Shown here: positions 54,207-63,298 of the stretch, piece by piece | Layout: the number at the start of each line of letters is the position of its first letter | Position numbering within the stretch: the first letter of the stretch is position 1 | DNA from: Pseudomonadota bacterium | GTDB lineage: Bacteria > Pseudomonadota > Alphaproteobacteria > Rhodobacterales > Rhodobacteraceae | DNA: 64,000 nucleotides | Direction: 5' to 3' | NCBI GenBank assembly: GCA_039208375.1 | Contig: JBCCRC010000009.1 | Coordinates: 2,833-66,832 of the forward strand | Made by a program: the position numbers and the translations under genes | Notes under the pieces: generated by a model | Told to the model about the DNA's origin: nothing | Database searches by the model: none | The model's input: only the letters and a program-made list of their open reading frames with translations

Positions 54207-56630
54207 CTAATTCTGCGCGGCGAGTGCGGCGCGCGCCTCAGCAATCTGCCGTCGGGGGTCATCCGCCGAAGCAAGCGTCGCGGCCTTGCGAAAATGCGTC
54301 AATGCCGCTGCATCCGCGCCCTGCGCCTGATACACTTTCGCAAGGTGATAATGCACCATCGGATCATCGGGCAGGCCTGCGACGGCCACCGTAAGGTGAT
54401 CAAGCGCAGCGGAATATGCGCCCTGGCGATAGGCAATCCATCCGAGCGTATCTTCAAAGGCCGGTACATCGTGGCCTTTTAAGAGAGTTGCAAGCTCAGC
54501 CGCACGGTTGAGCGCGGCATCGTCATCACGGTGGCGGGCCAAAAGGCTCGCGAGATTGTTTGCTACGATGGGGCCGAGCGGATCTTGAGCATGAAGCGCC
54601 TCGTAGGCCGCGATTGCTCCTGCAACATCGCCTGCATCCTCCCGCGCGCCAGCCTCCAGCCACAGCAGCGCCGGGGCATCGGGCAGAACCGCGCGTGCCT
54701 TGGCCAACGCTTCCCGCGCCGCCACCTCGTTCCCCGTTGAGCGATGCACTGAATAAAGCGCCCGCCAGGCAGCCAAATCCGCCGGATCCTCCCGCAAAAT
54801 GGCATAAAACACATCGGCGGCCGCCGCCGGGCGGTTAGACGTCGCCAGAACGATGCCCTGCATCAGACGCACCTGCGGCTGCGCGGGATCGCCCGCAAGC
54901 GCAGCGGCAACGTGGTCCTGAGCGGCCTCAAGGTTGCCATGCGCGATTTGCGCACGCACCACCGCGATCTGGGCCGCCACCCGGCCCGGCGCCGCCTTGG
55001 CAATTTCTTCCAGGAGTGCAATCGCTTCGGCGTCTCGGTTTTGGGCCCTGAGGCGCGCCACTTGAAGCGCATCGCGGGCGGCCTCCGCCCGCGGATCTTC
55101 GCTGCCTGCCAGCGCGTTTTCCAGCGTCTCCACCTTGGGCCAATCCCCGGCTTCAACATGAATATCGCCTAACGCGGCGAGCACATCGGCGTTGCCAGGA
55201 TCAGCCTCGCGGGCTTTGGCGAGCACGGCCTCGGCCGCATGACGGTTCCCATCCGCCCGCAGAAAGCTGGCATAGAGAAGCGCTTCCTTTGCCCCGCTGT
55301 CCGACGTTTCGACCGCCAGGGCAAGCATTTCGCCTGCCAGCCGCCGGTTCCCGTTGGCCAGATGGGCGTTGGCCGTCAGCGTCATCACCTCGGGGTCGCG
55401 GGGGGCACCATCCATCGCACGGCGCAATACGATCACGGCGCCGTTCCCATCGCCCTCGTCTATCAGCCATCCGGCCCGAAGCTTCAGCGCCGCAACATGG
55501 CCAGGGTCCGCCTCAAGGATCCGGTCAACGATGTTGCGGGCCCGCGCGCCATCGCCCGTTTCGCCCAGCATCCGGGCGAACATCACCTCGATGTCGCGCA
55601 ACCGGTGCGATGGGGCAGTGTCGGCAAGAATGCCCTCAATCTCGGCCATTGCCGCGGCCGTCTGGCCCGCATCAAAGAGAATGCTGGCGCGGAGTGAACC
55701 GAACAGATCCGGCGCCACGCCTGCCGCTTTCCAATCCGCAATCAACGACAGCGCGGCTTCATCCCCCCGCAACACGCGCACGAAAGACAGCAATTCTACG
55801 CGCGCGCCAAGTGCATCTCCCTCCGCAACGTCAACACGCCGCTGCAGGAGCCTTTCTTCCGCGTCCGGGTCGCCCGCACGGCGATAAGCGCGCAATAGCG
55901 CTTCGGCATAGCTTTCGTCTTCGGGATAATCGGCCACGAGCGTTTCAAGAAGCGCGCGATGCGCATCTGTGCGGCCCATCTCTTCCAAAACCGAGAGTTT
56001 TAGTGTGAAGACAGGTTTGGTGACCTGCCCCTCGGCGAGTGCTGCATCAAGCTCTGCCAGCGCGCGGGGAAAATCCTCGGCGCGCATTGCGTCATCGATG
56101 AGGATCTGCCGCACAATCGTTTTGTCGTCGAGTTCGCCAAGCAAGGCGCGCAGGCGCTCAAGCGCCTTGGATTGCGCCGCGTCATCAAAAAGCTCGATCG
56201 CTTCGCGATACGCAACAACCGCCGTCACAGCCTTTGCCCTAGGGTCATCCGGCGCCAGTTCCGCGGCACGAGCGCTGTGATGTTGGGCGTCGGGCCAACG
56301 CTGAAGCAGGATGGCAAGCTCTGCCAGATTTTGCCGTGCCTTGGCATGAACGGGATCCTGCTCTGAGGCCGCCTGAAAATTTCGATAGGCGTCGCGTAAG
56401 CGTCCACGCTCGCGGGCCAGCTGCGCGTAGCTGAGGCGCGCCTCAATGTGCCGCGGATTCAGATCCAGCACATTGCGCAATTCAACGATCGCGCGATCAA
56501 CATCGCCCTCCGAGAGCAGGGCCTCACTCCGCTCGAAATGCCCTTCGGCGCGTTCTTCCGCCGTGTCGCATGCGACGAGGAACAAGGAAGAACACAACGC
56601 CAAAAGGGAAGCAGCCTGCGAAAACCGCAT
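54207..56630 (-). CDS. large TPR-repeat lipoprotein (PEP-CTERM/EPS-locus PrsT-like)
   Basis: Start taken at MRFSQAASLLALCSSLFLVAC (lipobox LVAC). About 800 aa of tandem TPR-like helical repeats. The 104-codon N-terminal extension in the ORF track would run across the 3' end of the upstream sugar transferase gene and looks non-coding. Confidence 0.75.
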   Translation of the reverse strand: MRFSQAASLLALCSSLFLVACDTAEERAEGHFERSEALLSEGDVDRAIVELRNVLDLNPRHIEARLSYAQLARERGRLRDAYRNFQAASEQDPVHAKARQNLAELAILLQRWPDAQHHSARAAELAPDDPRAKAVTAVVAYREAIELFDDAAQSKALERLRALLGELDDKTIVRQILIDDAMRAEDFPRALAELDAALAEGQVTKPVFTLKLSVLEEMGRTDAHRALLETLVADYPEDESYAEALLRAYRRAGDPDAEERLLQRRVDVAEGDALGARVELLSFVRVLRGDEAALSLIADWKAAGVAPDLFGSLRASILFDAGQTAAAMAEIEGILADTAPSHRLRDIEVMFARMLGETGDGARARNIVDRILEADPGHVAALKLRAGWLIDEGDGNGAVIVLRRAMDGAPRDPEVMTLTANAHLANGNRRLAGEMLALAVETSDSGAKEALLYASFLRADGNRHAAEAVLAKAREADPGNADVLAALGDIHVEAGDWPKVETLENALAGSEDPRAEAARDALQVARLRAQNRDAEAIALLEEIAKAAPGRVAAQIAVVRAQIAHGNLEAAQDHVAAALAGDPAQPQVRLMQGIVLATSNRPAAAADVFYAILREDPADLAAWRALYSVHRSTGNEVAAREALAKARAVLPDAPALLWLEAGAREDAGDVAGAIAAYEALHAQDPLGPIVANNLASLLARHRDDDAALNRAAELATLLKGHDVPAFEDTLGWIAYRQGAYSAALDHLTVAVAGLPDDPMVHYHLAKVYQAQGADAAALTHFRKAATLASADDPRRQIAEARAALAAQN

Positions 56631-56680
56631 CAATATGGGCCACCCATGCAGGGCGCGGGGGCTGCCGGTATCGTAGTCGG

Positions 56681-57367
56681 TCAGTAGCCCGTCGCGCGGA
56701 TCACAACTCCGATTGTGCGCGCCAGAAGCGAAACATCCGTCGCCAGTGACAGCGACTGGCCGTACTCGGCATCGAACTTGGCGCGCGCCTTGAACTCCGA
56801 TTCGTTTCTTGCAGAAACCTGCCACGGCCCCGTGATTCCGGGCAGCAGGGCGTAGTAGCTTGTTCCGGGGTAGAGGCGGCGCTGATCGGGCATCATCGGC
56901 CGCGGACCAACAAGTGACATATCCCCTTTCAGAACATTCCAAAGCTGGGGCAGTTCATCGAAAGACGTCTTGCGCAGCACCCGCCCGAACGGAGTAACCC
57001 GCGGGTCGTCCTTCAGCTTCTGACGGTCATACCATTCGGCCCGCGCCTCGGCGTTCTGGCGCAAATGCTCCTGCAGCCGCTCGTCGGCATTGTCGACCAT
57101 CGTGCGAAACTTCCAAATCGTGAAGTTGCGCCCGTCGCGGCCAACGCGCCGCTGCAGGAAGAACGGCTTCTGCACTTCCCGAAGCAGCATGAACACGATC
57201 ACAATGCAAACCGGCACCACGATAGGCAGTGCCGCAAGCACCAGCACGGTATCCAGCAGCCGCTTCCCGAAATGCGCGTAGAAGCTTCTACGAACCGGAA
57301 GCGCGAATGCCCCAGACGCAACATCAAAATCGTCGGCACGGTCAATGCCTTCAAAATGTACAGTCAT
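56681..57367 (-). CDS. polyprenyl-phosphate hexose-1-phosphate (priming) sugar transferase, ExoY/WbaP-C type
   Basis: Start taken at MTVHFEG. TM helix followed by FTIWKFRTM, DELPQLWNVLKGDMSLVGPRP and LPGITGPWQV. Confidence 0.85.
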   Translation of the reverse strand: MTVHFEGIDRADDFDVASGAFALPVRRSFYAHFGKRLLDTVLVLAALPIVVPVCIVIVFMLLREVQKPFFLQRRVGRDGRNFTIWKFRTMVDNADERLQEHLRQNAEARAEWYDRQKLKDDPRVTPFGRVLRKTSFDELPQLWNVLKGDMSLVGPRPMMPDQRRLYPGTSYYALLPGITGPWQVSARNESEFKARAKFDAEYGQSLSLATDVSLLARTIGVVIRATGY

Positions 57368-57557
57368 GTACCCCCCCCGACGTGAAACATGTCGGTGCCC
57401 CAGATACTCTTCACAACACGGGGGGTTGGCGGATCCAGCGTGATCCTTGCAGCAAACCGTACCCCCACCGGATCCCAGTTTCCGGCCCGATGACCTTAGC
57501 ATTGCGATGTTCCTCCGGCAAACGGTCGGCAGCATCCCCGAATTGCGCTGGAAACAG

Positions 57558-57589
57558 TTAAAGCATTGTTAAAATTAACTTTTGTTAAC
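57558..57589. promoter_or_regulatory. cluster of four TTAA/GTTAA half-sites, including a perfect CtrA-type TTAA-N7-TTAA box
   Basis: TTAAagcattgTTAAaaTTAACttttgTTAAC. It contains the palindromes GTTAAaaTTAAC and GTTAAC and sits inside a local AT-rich island in a 617-nt divergent intergenic region. Confidence 0.5.
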
Positions 57590-57984
57590 TGTTTGGTAAT
57601 GAAACTTTCTTTCCGTTACGGGGATTGGAGTTTGCACGAAGGCCATTTTTTTGGCGTGGGGGGACAATCTGTTGCGGCGCGGTAACAATGACGCAACGTC
57701 GGAAACGGCAATCGGATCGAATCGTCATCATTCCGCCAGCCACCCCGCCGCTGGGCCGCGAGTTTGGCGCGCCCTTCAGCCACGGCACACTATCCGGGGT
57801 GCGGCAGTGAGCGGAAACGCCAGCAGCAAGTGGGGCGCATCGTCTTCAAACCGGAAAAAATCACGCAGCCGTGCGCGAATGGGGTGTGACTCTTCCCCGC
57901 GCGCGCGGCAAACAGGGGCGGGCTTCCTCCCGTCACGCCGCCCGTGCAGGAGTTTGAAGGGTGCACATGCAATCTGAAAGCGGA

Positions 57985-58827
57985 ATGTACACGGATCAGT
58001 TCGATCTATCGCAGCGCCCGTTTACGCTGCTGCCGGATCCGGAGTTCATCTTTTGGACGCCGATGCACCGCCGTGCCTATTCGATCCTCGAATACGGTAT
58101 TGTGGCGCACGCTCCGATCACAGTGATCACCGGTGAAGTGGGCGCAGGAAAGACGACGCTTCTGCAACGCCTCCTGCGCAACATGCCCGATGACGTGACA
58201 GTGGGCCTGATCTCAAATGCTCAGGGCGGGCGCGGTGAGCTTTTGCGCTGGGTGCTGAATGCACTCGATGTCGAAACGGCCGGTGAGCAGGATTATGTCG
58301 CCCTCTTCCAGATGCTGCAGAACTTCTTGATCGAAGAATATGCGCTCGGCCGACGCTCTGCCCTGATCATCGATGAGGCACAGAACCTTTCGGTTGAGGG
58401 GCTCGAAGAGTTGCGCATGTTAACGAATGTGAACTCCAACAAAGACGAGCTTCTGCAGCTTGTGCTCGTCGGCCAGCCGGAGTTGCGGGAAATGATCCTG
58501 CGGCCCGAACTGCGCCAGTTCGCCCAGCGCGTCGTGGCAAACTTTCATCTCGGCCCGATGGATCGCGATACAGTCTGCGCCTATATCAGCCACCGGTTGA
58601 AGGTGGCCGGCGGCCAGGGCAATGAGTTCACCCGTCAGGCGTGCGAACGGGTGTGGGAAGTATCAAAGGGCATCCCCCGACTGGTGAACCAGATCTGCGA
58701 TTTTTCGATGGTCTATGCCGCGTCCAACGACGAGAAGCTGATCCTGGCCTCGGTCGTTGATCAGGTGGTGAAGGACGGCCTCTTCTTTGCGGGCTATGAT
58801 GGCGAGGAAAGTCGGCGCCATGACTGA
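57985..58827 (+). CDS. ExeA/GspA-like AAA ATPase of EPS loci
   Basis: MYTDQFDLSQRPF start, Walker A GEVGAGKTTLL, Walker B LIIDEAQNL. Confidence 0.8.
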   Translation: MYTDQFDLSQRPFTLLPDPEFIFWTPMHRRAYSILEYGIVAHAPITVITGEVGAGKTTLLQRLLRNMPDDVTVGLISNAQGGRGELLRWVLNALDVETAGEQDYVALFQMLQNFLIEEYALGRRSALIIDEAQNLSVEGLEELRMLTNVNSNKDELLQLVLVGQPELREMILRPELRQFAQRVVANFHLGPMDRDTVCAYISHRLKVAGGQGNEFTRQACERVWEVSKGIPRLVNQICDFSMVYAASNDEKLILASVVDQVVKDGLFFAGYDGEESRRHD

Positions 58828-60202
58828 CGAGATCCGCTTTTATATCTCGATCTTCCTCCGCCGGCTGCACATTTTCATTCTGGTTACAGGGGTGGTCGCA
58901 GCGGGGGCAGCCTATTACGCGCTGCGCCTGCCCGCGATTTACACATCAGATGCGCTTCTTCTGATCGAAGCCCCGCGCATTCCCGATGATCTCGCCGCGC
59001 CGACCGTGCAGACAAACCCGCGCGAACAACTTGAGATCATCGAGCAACGCTTACTTACGCGCGCCAATCTGCTGGACATCGCCAATGACGTCGGCGTTTT
59101 CGAGAACCCCGAAGAGATGTTTCCCGACCAGATCGTGAACGCCATGCGCAACAGCACGGTCTTCGAGGTGCGCACCGGGCGCGATCGCGCGACGATCTTC
59201 ACCATCGCTTTCAACGCGCGCGACCCGCAAGTCGCCGCCGCCGTCGTGAATGCCTACGTCACAAGCGTTCTTGATGAAAACGTTGAAATCCGCACTGGTC
59301 GCGCCGGCGACGCGATGGAGTTTTTCGCGCAAGAGGTTGATCGGCTGGCCGAAGAGCTTGCGCGCCAGAGCCAGCGCATTCTCGACTTCAAGAACGAAAA
59401 CATCGATGGTCTGCCCGAAAGCCTGGGCTTTCGCATGGGCCGCCAGGAAACGCTGATTACACAGCGCGGGGCGCTCGCCGATCAGCTTGTCGACATCGAA
59501 GAAGCGCGTAATCGAATGCTGCGCGTCGTAAACTCCACCCAGAATGCAACACAGACAGATGGAACCGCTGCCGAACTGCCAACCGTCGTCGCGGTGCAAA
59601 TGCAAGAACTGGGGGTGCGTGAAGACCGGCTCCTTGCCGAGATTGCCGAAATTGATGGCGAGCTTGAAGTGCTTGAGGCGTCAATCGCCGCAACACCCGG
59701 CAACGCCGTTGCACTTGAAACTCTGGAGCGTGATTACGACAACATCCAGCGCCAGTACGACCTCGCGCTCCGTCGGCAATCTGAAGCAGCTACAGGCGAG
59801 CGCATCGAGCTTCTCTCAAAGGGCGAGCGCATTCTGGTGCTGAACCAGCCGATCGTGCCGCGTGGGCCGTCCAGCCCGAACCGCCGGCTGATTATGGCCG
59901 CGGGCCTTGCCGCCGGCATGGCTGCGGGCGCCGGGCTGATCTTTCTTCTGGAGTTTCTGAACCGTGCCATCCGCCGCCCCGTCGATATCTCGCGCACGAT
60001 GGGCATCACGCCTCTGGCCACGTTGCCGGTGATCCGAACACCGGGGGAAATCTTCCGCCGCCGCGCGTTTGTCGCGCTTTTGGGGCTGGTGGTTTTGCTC
60101 GGCATACCCGCCGCGCTGTGGTGGGCGCATTTGAATATCGCACCGCTCGATCTGCTGATCGATCAGGGGCTTCAACGCATCGGCATCGGCCAGGCGGGGT
60201 AG
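58820..60202 (+). CDS. polysaccharide chain-length determinant (Wzz/GumC-like, PCP family)
   Basis: ATG overlaps the upstream stop (ATGACTGA). N-terminal TM, long periplasmic coiled-coil and C-terminal TM with a Pro/Gly motif (PIVPRGPSSPNRRL). Confidence 0.8.
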   Translation: MTDEIRFYISIFLRRLHIFILVTGVVAAGAAYYALRLPAIYTSDALLLIEAPRIPDDLAAPTVQTNPREQLEIIEQRLLTRANLLDIANDVGVFENPEEMFPDQIVNAMRNSTVFEVRTGRDRATIFTIAFNARDPQVAAAVVNAYVTSVLDENVEIRTGRAGDAMEFFAQEVDRLAEELARQSQRILDFKNENIDGLPESLGFRMGRQETLITQRGALADQLVDIEEARNRMLRVVNSTQNATQTDGTAAELPTVVAVQMQELGVREDRLLAEIAEIDGELEVLEASIAATPGNAVALETLERDYDNIQRQYDLALRRQSEAATGERIELLSKGERILVLNQPIVPRGPSSPNRRLIMAAGLAAGMAAGAGLIFLLEFLNRAIRRPVDISRTMGITPLATLPVIRTPGEIFRRRAFVALLGLVVLLGIPAALWWAHLNIAPLDLLIDQGLQRIGIGQAG

Positions 60203-60206
60203 AAAC

Positions 60207-61010
60207 ATGGAACGGTTGCAAGCTGCCCTCGAAAAGGCGCGCGACAGGCGCCGCCGCACGGCCAAGCCGGCGGGCCCGGTGAAATCGGCGCAGATCGGAA
60301 CTGCTTTGTGGGACGCCCTGCCGCGGTTTGAAACCAACCAGGGGCACCTGCGGCGCAAGCGCGTATTCCTCGACGCGCAATCGCCCGAAGCCACACATTT
60401 CGATCTATTGCGCACCAAGATCTTGCAGAAATGCCGTGACAACGGCTGGCGCCGCGTGCTGGTGACGTCGCCCACGAAATCCTGCGGCAAAACCACGATC
60501 TGCAGCAACATTGCTGCAAGCTTCGCGCGGCAGACGGCGCGCAGCTTGATCCTTATGGATTTCGATATGCGGCGCCCGGAACTGGCAAAGATCTTCGGCC
60601 TGCGCGGCGCGCAATCGGTGCATGACGTGCTCGAAGAACGGGTGATGTTCCAACACCAGGCCCTGCGCCTCAGCGATACAGTGGCGCTTTCAGCCAATCA
60701 CGCACCAGCGCCCAACCCGGCCAAACTGATCCTGGAGGATACCTCGCACGAGGTGATCGATGCCATCGAGCGCGATTATGCGCCTGACATCTTCATGTTC
60801 GATACACCGCCGATGCTTGTGGCCGACGATACACTGGCACTTCTGAAGTTCGTCGATTGCGCGCTGATCGTGGCGGCTGCGGAGCAGACGACGACCGATC
60901 AGCTTGATCAGTGCGAAAAAGAGATCGCAGATCATACCAACGTGATGGGCGTAGTGCTGAACCGCTGCCACTACAGCAAACCTTCCTACGGCTACGATTA
61001 CAGCTACTAG
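60207..61010 (+). CDS. BY-kinase type tyrosine autokinase (CpsD/ExoP C-terminal-like ATPase)
   Basis: Walker A SPTKSCGKTT, A' ILMDFDMRRP, B IFMFDTPP. C-terminal tyrosine cluster YSKPSYGYDYSY. Confidence 0.8.
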   Translation: MERLQAALEKARDRRRRTAKPAGPVKSAQIGTALWDALPRFETNQGHLRRKRVFLDAQSPEATHFDLLRTKILQKCRDNGWRRVLVTSPTKSCGKTTICSNIAASFARQTARSLILMDFDMRRPELAKIFGLRGAQSVHDVLEERVMFQHQALRLSDTVALSANHAPAPNPAKLILEDTSHEVIDAIERDYAPDIFMFDTPPMLVADDTLALLKFVDCALIVAAAEQTTTDQLDQCEKEIADHTNVMGVVLNRCHYSKPSYGYDYSY

Positions 61011-63298
61011 CGGCGGATCGCCGTCTCGACGGCAGCCCGGTCGCTCTGGCCCGGAAGCACGATGACGGAACGGCCGAGCTTTAGCGTGACACCGCCTTGT
61101 GCAACGGAAATCTCTGGTGCAGCGGGCCAGGCGCTCAAGTCGATCGCGTCGCCGGTCGCGAAATCGGTGATCACCGTCACCCCGCCATAGGCCACGATAT
61201 AGGTTGTGTGCCCCGGGCCGCCGGTGATCACGTTCCGTCCCGGCCCGACATCAATCGTGTCGTCACCCCCTTCGGACACGACCGTGTTGGTTCCCGGCCC
61301 GGTGGCGATGCGGGACTGCCCCGCACCGTCGACGATCTCGTCATTCCCTGGGCCAGCCTCAATGCGATTGCGCCCGCCACGGCCCTCGATCCGGTCATTC
61401 CCCGATCCTCCATCAAGCACATCGCCGCCCGCGCCGCCCACAAGGTGATCATGCCCTTCGCCGCCGAAAAAACTGTGGCGATCCTTCGTGCGGGCAGATT
61501 GGGCGCGCAGCACATCATCGCCCGCCCCGCCGTGAAACGCGGCGCCGGCGTATTTCGGGCCAAGCATCACATCGTTCCCGGCACTTCCCACAACCTCCAC
61601 CCGCACGCGTTCGGACGATTCAAAGCTGATTGGGCTTTCGGGGTGAGCGACGATGCGGATCACCTTGCCCTCGCCCGGATCATCCTCCCGCCGTGCCCGG
61701 ACGGTGGCGATACGGATATTCTCCACATGCGGCGGAAGTTTCAGAACGTAGTCGTCTGGCCCGCCCATGTACCACAGCGTATCGTCGCCACCATCGGGGG
61801 CCTCTTCAATGGCCTCGGCATCCGCGCCGTAGGCCCAATAGTGGCTGTCCCCCCGCCCACCGGTAAGCGCGACGGTGCCGTCCACGGCCATCATCGCATG
61901 AACGCCCAGGCCGGGATCTGCAAGCCCGGTCAGATCGAGGCCAAGCTCACCGGCACCCGCGATAAGCTCAGCGCGCAGCGCATCGGTCGGCGCAGATTCA
62001 ACAAGGTTCTCCGTTTCGCCGGGATCAGCGACCACGTCATACACATGCTCTTCCCCATTGGGGTAGCGGAAGTAGCGGTATTGGGTGAGCCCCTCAATCG
62101 AGGGCCGCACCGAAAGAGTCCCGAACACGCAGGTGATCGGAGATCTGCTGCGGTCGTAGCTACCGAAACTGCCATTGATCAACGGCAGAAGCGATTGGCC
62201 CGACACCCAGTTGGGCCGCGGCGGCAGGCCCGCCAGATCCAGGATCGTCTTCGGCAGGTTGTGCAAGGATACCGGAAGATCCACCATCTGCCCCGCCGCC
62301 ATTCGTGGGCTCCAGATGCAAAGCGGCACATGCGCGGCACTGTCCCACTGGCTCATCTTGTGAAAGCTGTCGTGGTTGCCGAGGTTGAAACCGTTGTCTG
62401 ACAGGAGCACCACGGTGGTATTCTGCCCGAGCGGTGAAGCCTCTAACGCATTGAGAAACCGCCCAAGCTCATGATCCATATGGCTGCAGGCGGCGAAATA
62501 GCCGCGGACCACCTGCCGCCAGGCTTCATCGCCTGCGTTCTCCGGTGTCCACTGCCCATTCACGATATACGCGGCCTCGTAGACGGCGATGCCGGGCGGG
62601 GGCCCGTGATAATCCTCTGCCGCCGCGATCTCCGGCCACTTGATCGCCTGAACATCGTACATCTGATAGAACCTGTCGGGGCACACCAGATTGTAATGCG
62701 GGTGCTGAAACCCAAGCTGGATCAGGTGCCGCCGCGCCGGATCGGCCCGCCCCAGATAGTCGATCGCGTTCTGGGCGACCGACCAATCATAGAAGCGATC
62801 GTCCTGCGCGCCATCGTCATCGGGGTGGTTGATGCCGCGAATACCCGGGCCGCGATCAAGGTAATCCTTCTGCCCGGTGCGGTTCTGCCGGCTCACTGCC
62901 GGCACGTCTTCATGGAACAGCACGCGCGCATAGTCTTCCGGCATCGGGCGATAGGTGGCATCCGTTTTACCGGTAGTGAAGGTGCGAAACCCCGCGCAGC
63001 GCAGATCGTACTGCCAGGCTTCCGTGGGCGGAAACACATCGCGCCAGAAACGATTGAGATCCACAAGACCGGTGCGGAAGGGCGAGAGCCCCGTGGCAAG
63101 CTCGGCCCGGCACGGCGCGCAAAGCGGGATCGTGGCGTAAGCGTTTCGGAAATGCACACCACGCGCCATGAGCCGATCCAGGTTCGGCGTTTCGATCCGC
63201 ACGCCAAACGCCTCGCGCCACGTATGCACATCGATAAGATCGTCGATCCAGATCACCACGATGTTGTCGCCGCCAATGCGGTCGCGCTCAAACGACAT
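61007..63298 (-). CDS. Cys-type sulfatase fused to C-terminal RTX (GGxGxD) calcium-binding repeats
   Basis: Start taken at MSFERDR. IVVIWIDDL metal site and formylglycine motif CAPCR. C-terminal GGAGDDVL..GGEGHDHLVGGAGGDVLDGGSGNDRIEG. No N-terminal signal peptide. Confidence 0.8.
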   Translation of the reverse strand: MSFERDRIGGDNIVVIWIDDLIDVHTWREAFGVRIETPNLDRLMARGVHFRNAYATIPLCAPCRAELATGLSPFRTGLVDLNRFWRDVFPPTEAWQYDLRCAGFRTFTTGKTDATYRPMPEDYARVLFHEDVPAVSRQNRTGQKDYLDRGPGIRGINHPDDDGAQDDRFYDWSVAQNAIDYLGRADPARRHLIQLGFQHPHYNLVCPDRFYQMYDVQAIKWPEIAAAEDYHGPPPGIAVYEAAYIVNGQWTPENAGDEAWRQVVRGYFAACSHMDHELGRFLNALEASPLGQNTTVVLLSDNGFNLGNHDSFHKMSQWDSAAHVPLCIWSPRMAAGQMVDLPVSLHNLPKTILDLAGLPPRPNWVSGQSLLPLINGSFGSYDRSRSPITCVFGTLSVRPSIEGLTQYRYFRYPNGEEHVYDVVADPGETENLVESAPTDALRAELIAGAGELGLDLTGLADPGLGVHAMMAVDGTVALTGGRGDSHYWAYGADAEAIEEAPDGGDDTLWYMGGPDDYVLKLPPHVENIRIATVRARREDDPGEGKVIRIVAHPESPISFESSERVRVEVVGSAGNDVMLGPKYAGAAFHGGAGDDVLRAQSARTKDRHSFFGGEGHDHLVGGAGGDVLDGGSGNDRIEGRGGRNRIEAGPGNDEIVDGAGQSRIATGPGTNTVVSEGGDDTIDVGPGRNVITGGPGHTTYIVAYGGVTVITDFATGDAIDLSAWPAAPEISVAQGGVTLKLGRSVIVLPGQSDRAAVETAIRR

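Noticed and set aside
56631-57535. N-terminal extensions of the TPR lipoprotein (to 56942) and of the sugar transferase (to 57535) as listed in the ORF track.
   Set aside because: The TPR extension runs across the 3' end of the upstream sugar transferase gene. Both extensions translate to Cys/Arg/Gly-rich sequence. In both cases an internal Met gives a canonical N-terminus, namely a lipoprotein signal with lipobox LVAC or the usual short cytoplasmic lead-in to the transferase TM helix.
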